Below, in pieces: positions 42,466-53,675 of a stretch of DNA of 64,000 nucleotides (position 1 is the first letter of the stretch; each line of letters opens with the position of its first letter). The stretch lies in contig CAVUVW010000014.1 in assembly GCA_963745035.1 (NCBI GenBank), forward strand, positions 416,001 through 480,000. The letters are read 5' to 3'. The translations under genes and the position numbers were made by a program. The notes below the pieces were generated by a model. It was not told the origin of the DNA. It did no database searches and saw nothing but the letters and a program-made list of their open reading frames with translations. This stretch comes from an uncultured delta proteobacterium. Its GTDB lineage: Bacteria; Desulfobacterota; Binatia; UBA9968.

Positions 42466-44335
42466 GGGTTTCGCCCTCGGCGCGGACCTCGCGCTTTTCC
42501 ACCGGCGGATTGTGCCGCGCGATGAATTTTTCGAAAACCTGCTTCGCCATCGGCGCGGCGGCTTCGCCGCCATGCCCGCCGTGCTCGACCAGAACGGCGA
42601 CCGCGACCTGCGGATTTTCTACCGGCGCGTAGGAGACGAACCAGGCGTGATCGCGATTGAAGTAACTTAATTGTTCGCTTTTGAGGTAGGCGCCCTTCAT
42701 TTCGATGACCTGGGCCGTGCCGGTCTTGCCGGCGACCTGAATGACGGGCGATCGCGCGGCGCCGCCGGTGCCGCCGGGTCCATGGACCACGTCGGCCAGA
42801 GCTTTTTGCACGCGGTTGATGGTATCCGGTTTCAGCGCGATCGTGCGAATCAAGTGCGGCCCGTATTCGCGTACCGCGGCGCCGTCCAACGACTCCACTT
42901 TGCGCACCAGATAAGGACGGAAGAGCTTGCCGCCGTTGCCCACCGCGGCCATCATGTTGGCAAGCTGCAGCGGTGTCACCGTCACGTAGCCCTGGCCGAT
43001 GGCGACCGAAATAGTTTCTCCGGGGAACCACGGTTGGCGAAATCGCTTCCGCTTCCACTCGGTATCGGGGATGATCCCGCTCTTTTCATCGTCGAGGGCA
43101 ACGCCGGTTTTCTCTCCCAGGCCGAAAGCGCGCGCCCATTTGGCGATCCGATCGACGCCGAGCTTCGCTCCGAGCTGATAAAAATACGTGTCGCAAGAGA
43201 CGACGATCGCTTTGTGCAAATTGACCGCGCCATGGCCGCCCTTTTTCCAGTCGCGAAAATTGCGGTTGCCGAAGGGAAAAAAGCCGGGGTCCTGAATCGA
43301 GCTTTCCGGATTGACCGCGCCTTCCTCGAGCGCGGCGATCGCCATGATAACCTTGAACGTCGAGCCCGGCGGGTACTGTCCCTGGGTGGCGCGATTGCTG
43401 AGCGGGCGGAGCTGATCTTTGATCAGACCGCTCCACTCCTCCGACTTGATGCCGCGCGCGAAGACGTTGGGATCAAACGCCGGCGTGCTGGCGAGCGCGA
43501 GGATCGCGCCGTCTTTGATATCGAGCGCGACGATGGTGCCTTGCTTGCCTTTGAGCGCCTCGTAAGCGGCGGCCTGAAGCTCCCGGTCCAAAGTGAGATG
43601 AACGGTGTAGCCGGGAACATCGGTGACTTCATGGAGCACGCGTACGCGCCGGCCGAGCGCGTCGACCTCGACTTGCTGGCCGCCGCTCTGGCCGCGCAGC
43701 AACTCTTCCCAGCGCCGCTCCAAACCGTACTGGCCGATCTCGTCGCCGACGACATAGCCCTTTTCCCTAAGAACGCTCAACTGCTTCTGATTGATCTCTC
43801 CCAGATAGCCGAGAACATGCGCCGCCATGGGCCCGTCGGCATAGCTGCGCCGCGGGCGCACGCGCAGGCTTACGCCCGGCAGCTCGAGTTGGTGCGTCTC
43901 CACCCCGACCACCGTCGGCCAGTCGACGTCGCGCCCCAGCACCATCTCGTCGAAAGCCGCGCGCGTTTTGCCTTCTTCAAAGATGGTGAGAAGCTCTTTC
44001 TCGTCGCGGTTGAGATAGCGCGCCAACAAGCGCAGCGTGGTGCGCGGGTCCTTGGAATCTTCCGGAACAAAAATGAGATCGAAGGAAGGCCGGCTGTCGA
44101 CGAGAAGCTCGCCGTGGCGGTCGTAAATCATGCCGCGCGTCCCGGCCACGCGCTTGATGCGCACCCGGTTGTTCTCCGAGAGAAACGTGTAGCGCTCGCC
44201 GGCGAGCACTTGCAGAAACGCCAGGCGCGTCACCAGCCCGAGGAACGCGACGGCGAGAATAACGTACACCCACCGGGCGCGCCGGCGCAGCTCCGGAGCG
44301 CCGTCTTGTTTATTGATTTCCGCCAGTGCAGCCAT
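42455..44335 (-). CDS. mrdA: Penicillin-binding protein 2
   Basis: 'PGSTFK' (SxxK), 'SCD', 'KTGTAQ'; mre operon context. Confidence 0.95.
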   Translation of the reverse strand: MAALAEINKQDGAPELRRRARWVYVILAVAFLGLVTRLAFLQVLAGERYTFLSENNRVRIKRVAGTRGMIYDRHGELLVDSRPSFDLIFVPEDSKDPRTTLRLLARYLNRDEKELLTIFEEGKTRAAFDEMVLGRDVDWPTVVGVETHQLELPGVSLRVRPRRSYADGPMAAHVLGYLGEINQKQLSVLREKGYVVGDEIGQYGLERRWEELLRGQSGGQQVEVDALGRRVRVLHEVTDVPGYTVHLTLDRELQAAAYEALKGKQGTIVALDIKDGAILALASTPAFDPNVFARGIKSEEWSGLIKDQLRPLSNRATQGQYPPGSTFKVIMAIAALEEGAVNPESSIQDPGFFPFGNRNFRDWKKGGHGAVNLHKAIVVSCDTYFYQLGAKLGVDRIAKWARAFGLGEKTGVALDDEKSGIIPDTEWKRKRFRQPWFPGETISVAIGQGYVTVTPLQLANMMAAVGNGGKLFRPYLVRKVESLDGAAVREYGPHLIRTIALKPDTINRVQKALADVVHGPGGTGGAARSPVIQVAGKTGTAQVIEMKGAYLKSEQLSYFNRDHAWFVSYAPVENPQVAVAVLVEHGGHGGEAAAPMAKQVFEKFIARHNPPVEKREVRAEGETRAN

Positions 44336-44340
44336 CGTGT

Positions 44341-44844
44341 TCAGGTCACGGCGCCAAATTTCTTGAAATAGCTTTCACTGCGCCGCAGCAGGGCAAATAC
44401 CACGGGCGCCAGCGCCGCCGCCGTCAACGCTTCCAAGATTATAGTCCGCGCCGCGCCGAACCAAAAGCCTTCCGCGTTGAGAAACACCGTCCAGAGCAGC
44501 GCCAGGGCAGCGCCTTTCACCAGCGCGGCGAACAGCACGATCAGCGAGCTCACCACCGGATGGTGCAGCCAGATCGAGCGCGAGCTGAAATAGACCGCCA
44601 AAAACACCAGGGTCATGGCGAAGGCGTTGAGCCCCAACAGGCGACTCGAGACCACGTCGATCGAATAGCCGAGCACGAAGGAACCGAGCGCGGCGCCCAC
44701 CGTCGGATGGTGCAGGCCGAGATAGACGCAGAGCACCAAAACGAGATCCGGTACAACCGGGCTGAACGGCAGCACGTGCAGAAGCGTCGATTGCAGCAGG
44801 ATGAGAAAGATCCCGACCACAAAATACAAGAGGAAAAGCCTCAT
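44341..44844 (-). CDS. mreD: Rod shape-determining protein MreD
   Basis: Hydrophobic, 'PDLVLVL', located between mreC and mrdA. Confidence 0.88.
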   Translation of the reverse strand: MRLFLLYFVVGIFLILLQSTLLHVLPFSPVVPDLVLVLCVYLGLHHPTVGAALGSFVLGYSIDVVSSRLLGLNAFAMTLVFLAVYFSSRSIWLHHPVVSSLIVLFAALVKGAALALLWTVFLNAEGFWFGAARTIILEALTAAALAPVVFALLRRSESYFKKFGAVT

Positions 44845-44872
44845 GGGAAAAATCGCCGGTGGCCGCTTGAGC

Positions 44873-45707
44873 TCACTTCTTTTCCGCGTCCCCGCCGACG
44901 GCGACAATCTGCACTTCTTCGACGCGCGCCGGTTGCACCGCGGGAAGAACTTCGACGAATTGAAACAGGCCGATGTGCTGCTTCATGACCTTGATCACCG
45001 TGCCGACCATCATGCCTTTGGGAAACACGCCGTCGGTGCCGGAGGTGAGCAGACGATCGCCCTCTTGAATGTCTTCGCTGCGCTTGACGTACTTGAGCAC
45101 CGTGCCGTTCTCCAGCGAGCCGGAAACGATGCCGCGCGCGCGGGTGCGCTGCACCAGCACGTCGATGCCGCTGTTAGGATCGGTCAGCAGCAAGACCTTC
45201 GCTGTGCGCGGTGTTACCGCGACCACCTGCCCGACTACACCCAGCGGCGTCACCACGGCCATGCCTTTGCGCACGCCGTCGGCGCTGCCCTTGTCGAGCA
45301 GACAGCTTTGAAACCAGCTGGTCGCGCTGTTGCGCGATGATCGACGCGGTGACCGCTTTGCCGGGCAGCGCGGCGCGAAAATCGAGCAGCTGCTTCAGCC
45401 GGTCGTTGGTCGCCTGGGCCTCCAGCAGCTTCTGCCTTTCGACTTCGAGATCTTCGATGCGCCTTCTCAGCCGCTCGTTTTCGGCGCGGAATCCGGCCAG
45501 GGTGTCGTAGTTTTCCCGCAGTCCGCCGATCCAGTTGACGGTTCCCTGCGCGGCGATTTGCAGCGGGCGGAGAATCCACATGAGCACCGCGCTCAAAGGC
45601 TCGTTTTTGAGCTGGCCGCGCGAGGCCGCCGTGAGAATATAGACCGACAGGAAAAGAAAGAAGCAGCAGCTTAGCGGAACTTGATTCTTGCGCAGAAAAG
45701 CGAGCAT
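44873..45707 (-). CDS. mreC: Rod shape-determining protein MreC (frameshift near 45330)
   Basis: 'ENERLR' coiled coil, 'GVVGQV', 'TSGTDGVFPKG'. Confidence 0.92.
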
Positions 45708-45755
45708 GGAAGGCTCGATGGCCGCCAGCCACCGGGATAAATGCGGACTGCCGGC

Positions 45756-46826
<1,071 letters not shown>

Positions 46827-46986
46827 TTAAGCAACGAGAAAGTAACAGATTTGGGTAAAGCAAGCAAGAAAACGAATTTTTTCGCGAAAATCCGTTCTAA
46901 TATGTCAACCTCAGTTGCATTGGCGGCGGTCATTTTCTATCATATCTGCGACTTTTTGACCGCGTTTTTCCGCGAGGTGGCGTTCA

Positions 46987-48895
46987 ATGCTCGATTTTTT
47001 GCGCAAGCGTAAGAGAAATTGGGTCATCATTCTATTTCTTGGCGCGATTATCGTCAGTTTTTCCTTGTTTGTCGGCACCGGCGACTTCGGTGAACGCTCG
47101 GGCGCGGCGGTAGCCGAAGTCAACGGCGAACCGATCAGCCAACGCGAGTTCGCTTTACAATACGACCGCGAGGTGCAGCGCTATCGCGAGCTCCTGAAGG
47201 GCTCGTTGACCCCGGACATGGTCAAGGGCCTCAACATCAAAGGCAATTTGGTCGAAACGCTGATCCAGAAGCAACTCGTGCTGCAGGAAGCGCGCAACCT
47301 GGGGCTTGTGGCGACCGACGACGAGCTCGCCGACTTCATCGCCAAAGTGCCGGAGTTTCAAATCGCCGGCCGCTTCAGTAAAGAGCGCTATCTCCAGGTT
47401 CTCCAGGCCAATCGCCTGGCGCCCGCTCAATTCGAAGAAGAACAGCGCGAACAGTTGACGATTCAGCGCCTCTACAGCGTCATTCTCGATGCGGTTCATG
47501 TGACCGACGCCGAGGCGCGCGAACGCTACCGGATCGAGCAGGAAAGGATCAATTTGCATTTCATCAAGCTGCCGATCGGCGATTTTACCGCCCAGGTAAA
47601 GCTCACCGAAGACGATATCAAAAAGCACTACGAGCGGAACAAGGAAGCACTCAAAGAACCTTTGAAGATTCAGGTCGAGTATCTTTCCTACCCCTACGAT
47701 CAGTTCGCTTCGTCGGCGGAGGTGAGCGAAAAGGAAATCGAGGAGTATTACAAAACCAACTCGGCGCAGTTTCATCGACCCAAAGAAGCCAAGGTGCGCT
47801 ATATCTCGATCGGCGTGGCGCCGGGCGCGAGCGCGGAGCAGAAAAACCGAGAGAGAGCGCGCGCCGAGACCATCGTCAAGGACGCGCGGGCGGGCAAAGA
47901 TTTCGCGCAGCTGGCGAAGCGAGAATCCAACGACTCGAGCGCCGCCAAAGGCGGCGATATCGGTTGGATCGCGGCCGGCCAAATGCCGCCGCCCATCGAA
48001 ACGGCAATTTTCAGTTTGGCGAAGGGAGCGGTCAGTGACCCGGTGGAAACACCGGCCGGCTTTCAAATCTTCAAAGTCGAGGACCTGAAAGAGGAAAAAA
48101 CCCTGAGCCTCAAGGAAGCGCACGCCGAGATCGTAAAAATCCTGCGGACCGACAAAGCAAAGCGGGAAGCGGCCAAGATCGCCGACGCCGATCGCGAAAA
48201 GGCTCTTTCCGGCGCCGATTTTGCCAAACTCTCCGGCGACCGACGCGTCAATTTAAAAGTAACCGACTGGTTTGCCCAAGGGGAAATCCTCCCCGAGATC
48301 GGCGAGAATCAGGAGTTTTACAAGAACGCCTTTGCGCTCGGCCGCCAACGCCACGAGTCCCATCGTCGAAGGAAGGGAAGCCTATTATCTTTTACGGCTT
48401 AAGCAACGCAGGGAAGCCGCGGTTCCGCCGCTGGACGGCGTAAAGAGCAGGATCGAGAGCGGGCTCCGTGAGTCCAAGGCTTATGAGTTGGCGCTGCAGC
48501 GCGGCAATAGCCTTCTCGACCAACTCAAAAAGGGCAAAGACGTCGAAAAAGTGGCCCAGGCCAACAGCGTGAAACTCGAAGAGACCGGCTGGTTTGCGCG
48601 CAGCGCGCCGCAGTTGCCGAAAATCGGCGAACTCGCGGAGATCAAGGGAGGACCGCTCACGCTCTCGGAACAAAAACCCTTTCCCGACAGGCTCTACACG
48701 CAGAAAGACGCTCTCTACGTGCTCGCGTTCAAGGGAAGCCAGGGCGCTGACATGGAGCAGTTCGAAAAGGAGAAAGAAATCATCAAGAAACAGGCGCTCG
48801 CCGAGAGCCGCCAGCGCGCGTTGATCAAATTCATGGAGGGACTGAAAACCAAAGCCAAGATCGAGCTGAACACCGCCTTCATCGAGGAAGGATAA
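46987..48895 (+). CDS. ppiD: PpiD-like SurA N-terminal/parvulin chaperone (frameshift near 48340)
   Basis: N-terminal TM, 'AEVNGEPI', 'FAQLAKRESND...KGGDIGW', 'PVETPAGFQI'. Confidence 0.85.
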
Positions 48896-48977
48896 AGCGA
48901 GACGAATGAAACCGCCGCGCTGACCGAGCGTGGCGCCGCCTGACGACCTTCTTGATCCTGCCACCGGGAATTTGATC

Positions 48978-49604
48978 GTGCAAATCGTTTTAGTGCGCCA
49001 CGGCGCCACCGACTGGAACCTGCAGGGCCGCTGCCAGGGCTCGTCGGATCGCGAGCTGAGCGAAGCCGGCATGCGCCAGGCCGAGCAAATCTCGGCGCTC
49101 TTGAGCGCGGAACAATTTCACGCCGTCTATTCCAGCACTCTCCGCCGCGCGCGCCAGACCGCCGAGCTCATCAGCCGGCCGCACGATCTGCCGGTGCTGA
49201 TCGAAGAAGGCCTGCGCGAGCTCGACCATGGCGAGCTCGAAGGACTCACTTTCAATGAAATAAAAACCCGGTACGGCGAATTTCTCACCCGCTGGCGCAG
49301 CGAACCGGCCGATATTTGTGTGCCCGGCGGGGAGCGGCTGGCCGACGTGGCCGCGCGTGCGTGGAACAGCTTGAACGAGATCATGCGGCGCCATCCGGAC
49401 GCGCAACGCGTTCTGGTCGTGAGCCACAACTTTCCGATCCTCGGCATCGTTTGCCGAATCAGTGGAACTCATCTGAACGATTACCGGACTTTTCACCTCG
49501 ACCCCTGCGGCGTCACGCGCCTCGGCTACGACCGGGAGCAAGGTTGGCGCATCACCCAGGTCAACGGCCGGGAATATGCTTGCGCACCGGCCATCTCAAG
49601 TTAA
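48978..49604 (+). CDS. Histidine phosphatase family protein (CobC/GpmB-like)
   Basis: 'VRHGATDWN', 'RARQTA', 'LRELDHG', 'VSH'. Confidence 0.9.
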   Translation: MQIVLVRHGATDWNLQGRCQGSSDRELSEAGMRQAEQISALLSAEQFHAVYSSTLRRARQTAELISRPHDLPVLIEEGLRELDHGELEGLTFNEIKTRYGEFLTRWRSEPADICVPGGERLADVAARAWNSLNEIMRRHPDAQRVLVVSHNFPILGIVCRISGTHLNDYRTFHLDPCGVTRLGYDREQGWRITQVNGREYACAPAISS

Positions 49605-51163
49605 GATTTTCCCGGAGGACCGCCCGGGTGATTTCTCGCCGCCAGCGCGATTCCCATAAACAGCATCGTTAAAAGCAAATAGCCGAGAAAAAACTCCGGC
49701 GCCGCCATCACGCCGAAGCGGCTGGCAATGCCTCCCGGTGTGAGCTCGTAGGCGTGAATGATGCCGAAAGTCGAGAGCAGCGCGGCCGCCAGCGCCCAAG
49801 CGGCGGCGCGAGCAAATTTCTTCTCGATCAACGCGACGCCGATGGCGGCTAGAATCATCGAGGTGAAAATGAAGCCGCGCTCCAGGGAGATCATACCGTG
49901 CATCGCCAGGCTTTCTTGATTGAACTTCGCCAGGCCGACTTGATAGAGCGATGTTCCGGCGGCGCGTAGTCCGGTCTCGACCATCAGCAATCCCCACCCT
50001 GCGAGCGCCGGCACGATGCCCAACGCCACTGCGGGCGCGTGCTCTTTCGGCGTTTCCTGAAACGACTGGGCGACAATGATAATGCCGATGTAAAGCAGTA
50101 TTCCTACCCCTGCTTCCAGCGGGATAATACCCAGCACCGACTGAATCGTGCCGGTCAGGCAAAGGAAGCTGATGAAGATCCCGTTCAAAGCGGAGTAGCC
50201 GGAGCGCGCGCCGAGCCTTTTCCAGCCGGGATGGCCGATGTAGATCGTCGTCGGAAATACGCTGCCGAACAACGCCGCGACCACCGAACCGATGCCGTTG
50301 GCCATGAGCGAGGGAAAAGTCTTGAAGCGGTCGCCTGCGGCCTCCGCGCTCTCGATGTTTTGCAGCGAGCCGACGACGTTAAAAATCCCCATCGGTAAAA
50401 TCACCGAAAAATAATTCAGAAACCCCGGATGAGTCAACGCTTCCCAGAGCGACCCGCCCGTGAAGGCGGGCAGGGACAACTCAGCCTTCGTGACGACCGT
50501 TTTGCCGTCCATCGCGCCAAGCAGCCAGCCCAACAACGTGCCGATCGCGATGGCAACCATGCCGCCGGGCAAACCCAACGGCAATTTTTGCTGGGAGAAG
50601 TAGGCGACGAAAATCACCGCCATGGGCACCAAGGCGACCAGCGGCTGGGCGAAAATCTTGAACGTGAAATCCATGGAAATGAACGTGATCGCGATGCCAG
50701 CCAAAGCCGACAGGAGAGCCGCGCGCGGCGTTACGCGCCGCACCGCTTCGGCGATGAATGCTCCAACGATTTCGATGACGCCGTTCAAGAAACAAGCGAC
50801 CAGCCCGACCTTCCAAGCCCACACCGGATCTTTGGTCTCTTGCACGATCGGCAGCATGATAAAGAAAACAAAGGCGAAGAGGCTAACCGTATTGATACCG
50901 TAAGGCAGCGCGGTCACATCCTCGCGCCCGGTTTGCCGCGCCAATTGGCGCGCCTGCCAGGCATAAAAAAAATTGCCGACGAGAATCGACATCGCCGCGC
51001 CCGGCAGAATCTTGCCGAAGATAAGATCGTCCGGCAGGCGGATCAGATCACGGCACAAGGTCACGATCAGAATGAGCTGAATCAAGTTGTCGATCATCAG
51101 GCCGAAGAAGCCGTCGAGATCCTTACGCACAAACCAGGATGGACGAAATGCTGTTTGGCTCAT
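49601..51163 (-). CDS. NCS2/AzgA-like nucleobase permease
   Basis: 'DLDGFFGL', 'TALPYG', 'ESAEAAGD', 'TIYIGHPGWK'; many TMs. Confidence 0.82.
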   Translation of the reverse strand: MSQTAFRPSWFVRKDLDGFFGLMIDNLIQLILIVTLCRDLIRLPDDLIFGKILPGAAMSILVGNFFYAWQARQLARQTGREDVTALPYGINTVSLFAFVFFIMLPIVQETKDPVWAWKVGLVACFLNGVIEIVGAFIAEAVRRVTPRAALLSALAGIAITFISMDFTFKIFAQPLVALVPMAVIFVAYFSQQKLPLGLPGGMVAIAIGTLLGWLLGAMDGKTVVTKAELSLPAFTGGSLWEALTHPGFLNYFSVILPMGIFNVVGSLQNIESAEAAGDRFKTFPSLMANGIGSVVAALFGSVFPTTIYIGHPGWKRLGARSGYSALNGIFISFLCLTGTIQSVLGIIPLEAGVGILLYIGIIIVAQSFQETPKEHAPAVALGIVPALAGWGLLMVETGLRAAGTSLYQVGLAKFNQESLAMHGMISLERGFIFTSMILAAIGVALIEKKFARAAAWALAAALLSTFGIIHAYELTPGGIASRFGVMAAPEFFLGYLLLTMLFMGIALAARNHPGGPPGKS

Positions 51164-51304
51164 GTACGGCGCCGCTCCCCAATAAAATTTTCGCGACTGT
51201 AGCCGCAGCCGCTCTTTTCTGTCAAATAACGCTGTTCCAGCCGAAACGTTGGTGGCCAGCCGGAGAGCACAGCGACAAGATGTCCCGGGGTAGACTCCGC
51301 TGAG

Positions 51305-51856
51305 TCACCGTCGCGGGATGCGCCACCGGTCGATCATCCGAGTAAGTCGCTCGATATTTCCGCCCGGCTCGGCGTGAAGAATGAGAACTTCATCCGACAT
51401 CGCGGCGATGAGCTCATTGCGCTGGCGTGAAGACTTTCGGGTTGGGCTGCGCGGGAGGTCATCGAACGGCGATATGAGCAGCAACCGCCCCTCTTTCAGC
51501 GGCGGCCGCCAGCTCGATGGAATTCGACTTGTTTTCAGGCTTCGCGCCAAGCCGATCACCGACGGCACGTGATCGCCCAGCAAGATTCTTAGACATTCTT
51601 TCTCTACCGGAGAATGAAAACCGCTGACGACAGCTGCGCCCTGATCACGCAGCGCGCGCATAGCGCTGTCCGCCTCGCCGAGAGTATGGCTGGGGCAATG
51701 AACAGAGCAAAATAAGCCGACTTTGTGAAGCGCAAGGATATCCTGGTTTCCAATCGCCCAAAGCTCAGCGGGAGCCGTTGCCTCGAGTCGCTCATTGAGA
51801 TGCCGCGGCCAAGATGCATGCGACGGGGTCAGCGTTACGACTTCGAGAGTTTCCAT
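51305..51856 (-). CDS. Short DprA/Smf-like (SLOG Rossmann) protein
   Basis: 'LWAIGN', 'LFCSVHCP', 'SGFHSPVEKEC', 'RQRNELIAAMSD', 'AEPGG'. Confidence 0.7.
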   Translation of the reverse strand: METLEVVTLTPSHASWPRHLNERLEATAPAELWAIGNQDILALHKVGLFCSVHCPSHTLGEADSAMRALRDQGAAVVSGFHSPVEKECLRILLGDHVPSVIGLARSLKTSRIPSSWRPPLKEGRLLLISPFDDLPRSPTRKSSRQRNELIAAMSDEVLILHAEPGGNIERLTRMIDRWRIPRR

Positions 51857-51989
51857 TGCGGCAAGCTCGCGCCGGCGCGATTTGGCCGACTCTAGCGGCG
51901 GCCGATCTTTTCTGTCAAATCAGCTGCGCCGAATCATAACTTGCAACCGTCATGGCGGGACGATAAAACTTTAAGTGCGAAGGCTCCTC

Positions 51990-52676
51990 ATGCTGCTTTA
52001 CAAACGACTCGGCGGAATGAATTTCGCTGCGGCGCTCGCTGTCCAGGAAGAGTTGGTTGCACGCAAGCAACGCGAGCCTTCGTCCGATATCTTGCTCTTT
52101 GTCGAACATCCGCACGTCTATACGCTCGGCCGTGGCGGCGACGAAGCGAATGTTCTGGCGCCGCAAGGCGTACCGGTTTATCGCACCAGCCGCGGCGGCG
52201 ACGTGACGTATCACGGACCGGGACAACTGGTCGTCTATCCAATCATCGATTTGCGCTCCAAGCTGCGCAAAGACGTCCATCGGTATGTGAGGAATCTCGA
52301 ATTATCGGCGATTCGGACATTGAAGGACTTCGGCCTATTAGCAACCCGCCGCCCGCCATTCACTGGAATTTGGATCGGCGATAAAAAAATCGCCGCCATC
52401 GGCATCGCCGTGCGCCGCTGCATCACCTTTCACGGTCTGGCGCTGAACGTCAATCCGGATTTGAACTACTTCAAGCGTATCGTCCCCTGCGGCCTCAGCT
52501 GGGCCGACGTAACGTCGATGCAAAAAGAACTGGGCGGCGACCAGAATCTCGCCAAAGTGAGAAACCGATTTGTCCGCAATTTTGCCGACGCCTTCGGTTA
52601 TTATGATGTTAGAGAATGGACCGAGCGGACCGGCGACTTGAACGATTTGAACGGCTTGAACGATTTGAACCTGTGA
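51990..52676 (+). CDS. lipB: Octanoyltransferase LipB
   Basis: 'EHPHVYTLGR', 'RGGDVTYHGPGQLV', 'KIAAIG', 'HGLALN', 'IVPCG'. Confidence 0.95.
   Translation: MLLYKRLGGMNFAAALAVQEELVARKQREPSSDILLFVEHPHVYTLGRGGDEANVLAPQGVPVYRTSRGGDVTYHGPGQLVVYPIIDLRSKLRKDVHRYVRNLELSAIRTLKDFGLLATRRPPFTGIWIGDKKIAAIGIAVRRCITFHGLALNVNPDLNYFKRIVPCGLSWADVTSMQKELGGDQNLAKVRNRFVRNFADAFGYYDVREWTERTGDLNDLNGLNDLNL
52638..52670. repeat. 9-nt tandem repeat (TTGAACGAT/TTGAACGGC) in the lipB 3' end
   Basis: ttgaacgat ttgaacggc ttgaacgat ttgaac. Confidence 0.75.
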
Positions 52677-52681
52677 GTTTT

Positions 52682-53530
52682 ATGGGCCGAAGGCATCCCG
52701 ATTGGATCAAAGTCAAAGCGCCGGGAAATCCCAACTACCTGCGCCTCAAGCGCCTCATGCGCGAGAAAAACCTGCACACGGTTTGCGAGGAGGCGCGCTG
52801 CCCGAACATCGGCGAGTGCTGGGGCAACAAGACGGCGACGTTCTTGATTCTCGGCGACACCTGCACGCGCGGCTGTCGGTTCTGCGCCATCGACAAAGGC
52901 AAGCCGCTGGCCCTCGATCCCGAAGAACCGCGCAACGTCGCGCTGGTGGTCAAAGACCTCGGTCTGGACCACATCGTCGTTACCTCGGTGAACCGAGATG
53001 ACTTGCCCGACGGCGGCGCGGCGCATTTCGCCAAGACCGTTTTCTGGATCAAGACTCTCAATCCGCAAATCCGGGTAGAGCTTTTGATTCCGGACTTCGA
53101 AGGCAATCTTCACGCGCTCAAGACCGTGGTCGAATCCGGAATCGAAATTCTCAATCACAACATCGAGACCGTGCCGCGGCTCTACGGCAAAGTGCGTCCA
53201 GGACACACTTATGAATGCTCGTTGAGTATCTTGAAAGAAGCAAAAAAAGTCCGGGCAGAAGTGCTCACCAAGTCGGGCTTCATGCTCGGAGTCGGGGAAA
53301 CTTCCGACGAAGTCATGTCTACACTCCGTGATTTACGCGCGCACGATGTCGATATCGTCACCATCGGCCAGTATCTGCAACCATCCAATCGCCAACTCAA
53401 AGTCGAACGCTACGTCACGCCGGAAGAATTTCAGGAATTCAAGGCAGAAGCCGACAAACTCGGCTTCCGCCACGTCGAGTCCGGCCCGTTAGTGCGCAGT
53501 TCCTACCACGCCTGGAGCCATGTGAAGTAA
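52682..53530 (+). CDS. lipA: Lipoyl synthase
   Basis: 'CEEARCPNIGEC', 'CTRGCRFC', 'RSSY'. Confidence 0.97.
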   Translation: MGRRHPDWIKVKAPGNPNYLRLKRLMREKNLHTVCEEARCPNIGECWGNKTATFLILGDTCTRGCRFCAIDKGKPLALDPEEPRNVALVVKDLGLDHIVVTSVNRDDLPDGGAAHFAKTVFWIKTLNPQIRVELLIPDFEGNLHALKTVVESGIEILNHNIETVPRLYGKVRPGHTYECSLSILKEAKKVRAEVLTKSGFMLGVGETSDEVMSTLRDLRAHDVDIVTIGQYLQPSNRQLKVERYVTPEEFQEFKAEADKLGFRHVESGPLVRSSYHAWSHVK

Positions 53531-53675
53531 GAGACTGGAGTAGTCGGAATCGATGGAGTAATGGAGATGACGCATTGAGAACCTCAATACTCCCATACTC
53601 ACTGGATCAACTTGGTGACAAGGGTAATCGCCGCTTGACATCAGTGACACCGATTAGTTAGCGTTCGCGCAGCTT

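Noticed and set aside
42671-44371. Long + strand ORF (566 aa) and similar antisense ORFs (e.g. 35511-36524, 47155-48123, 6767-7603)
   Set aside because: Shadow frames of well-supported genes on the opposite strand in GC-rich DNA
45174-45340. Programmed frameshift or pseudogenisation of mreC
   Set aside because: No slippery heptamer, normally essential gene in an intact operon, and indels are widespread in the window
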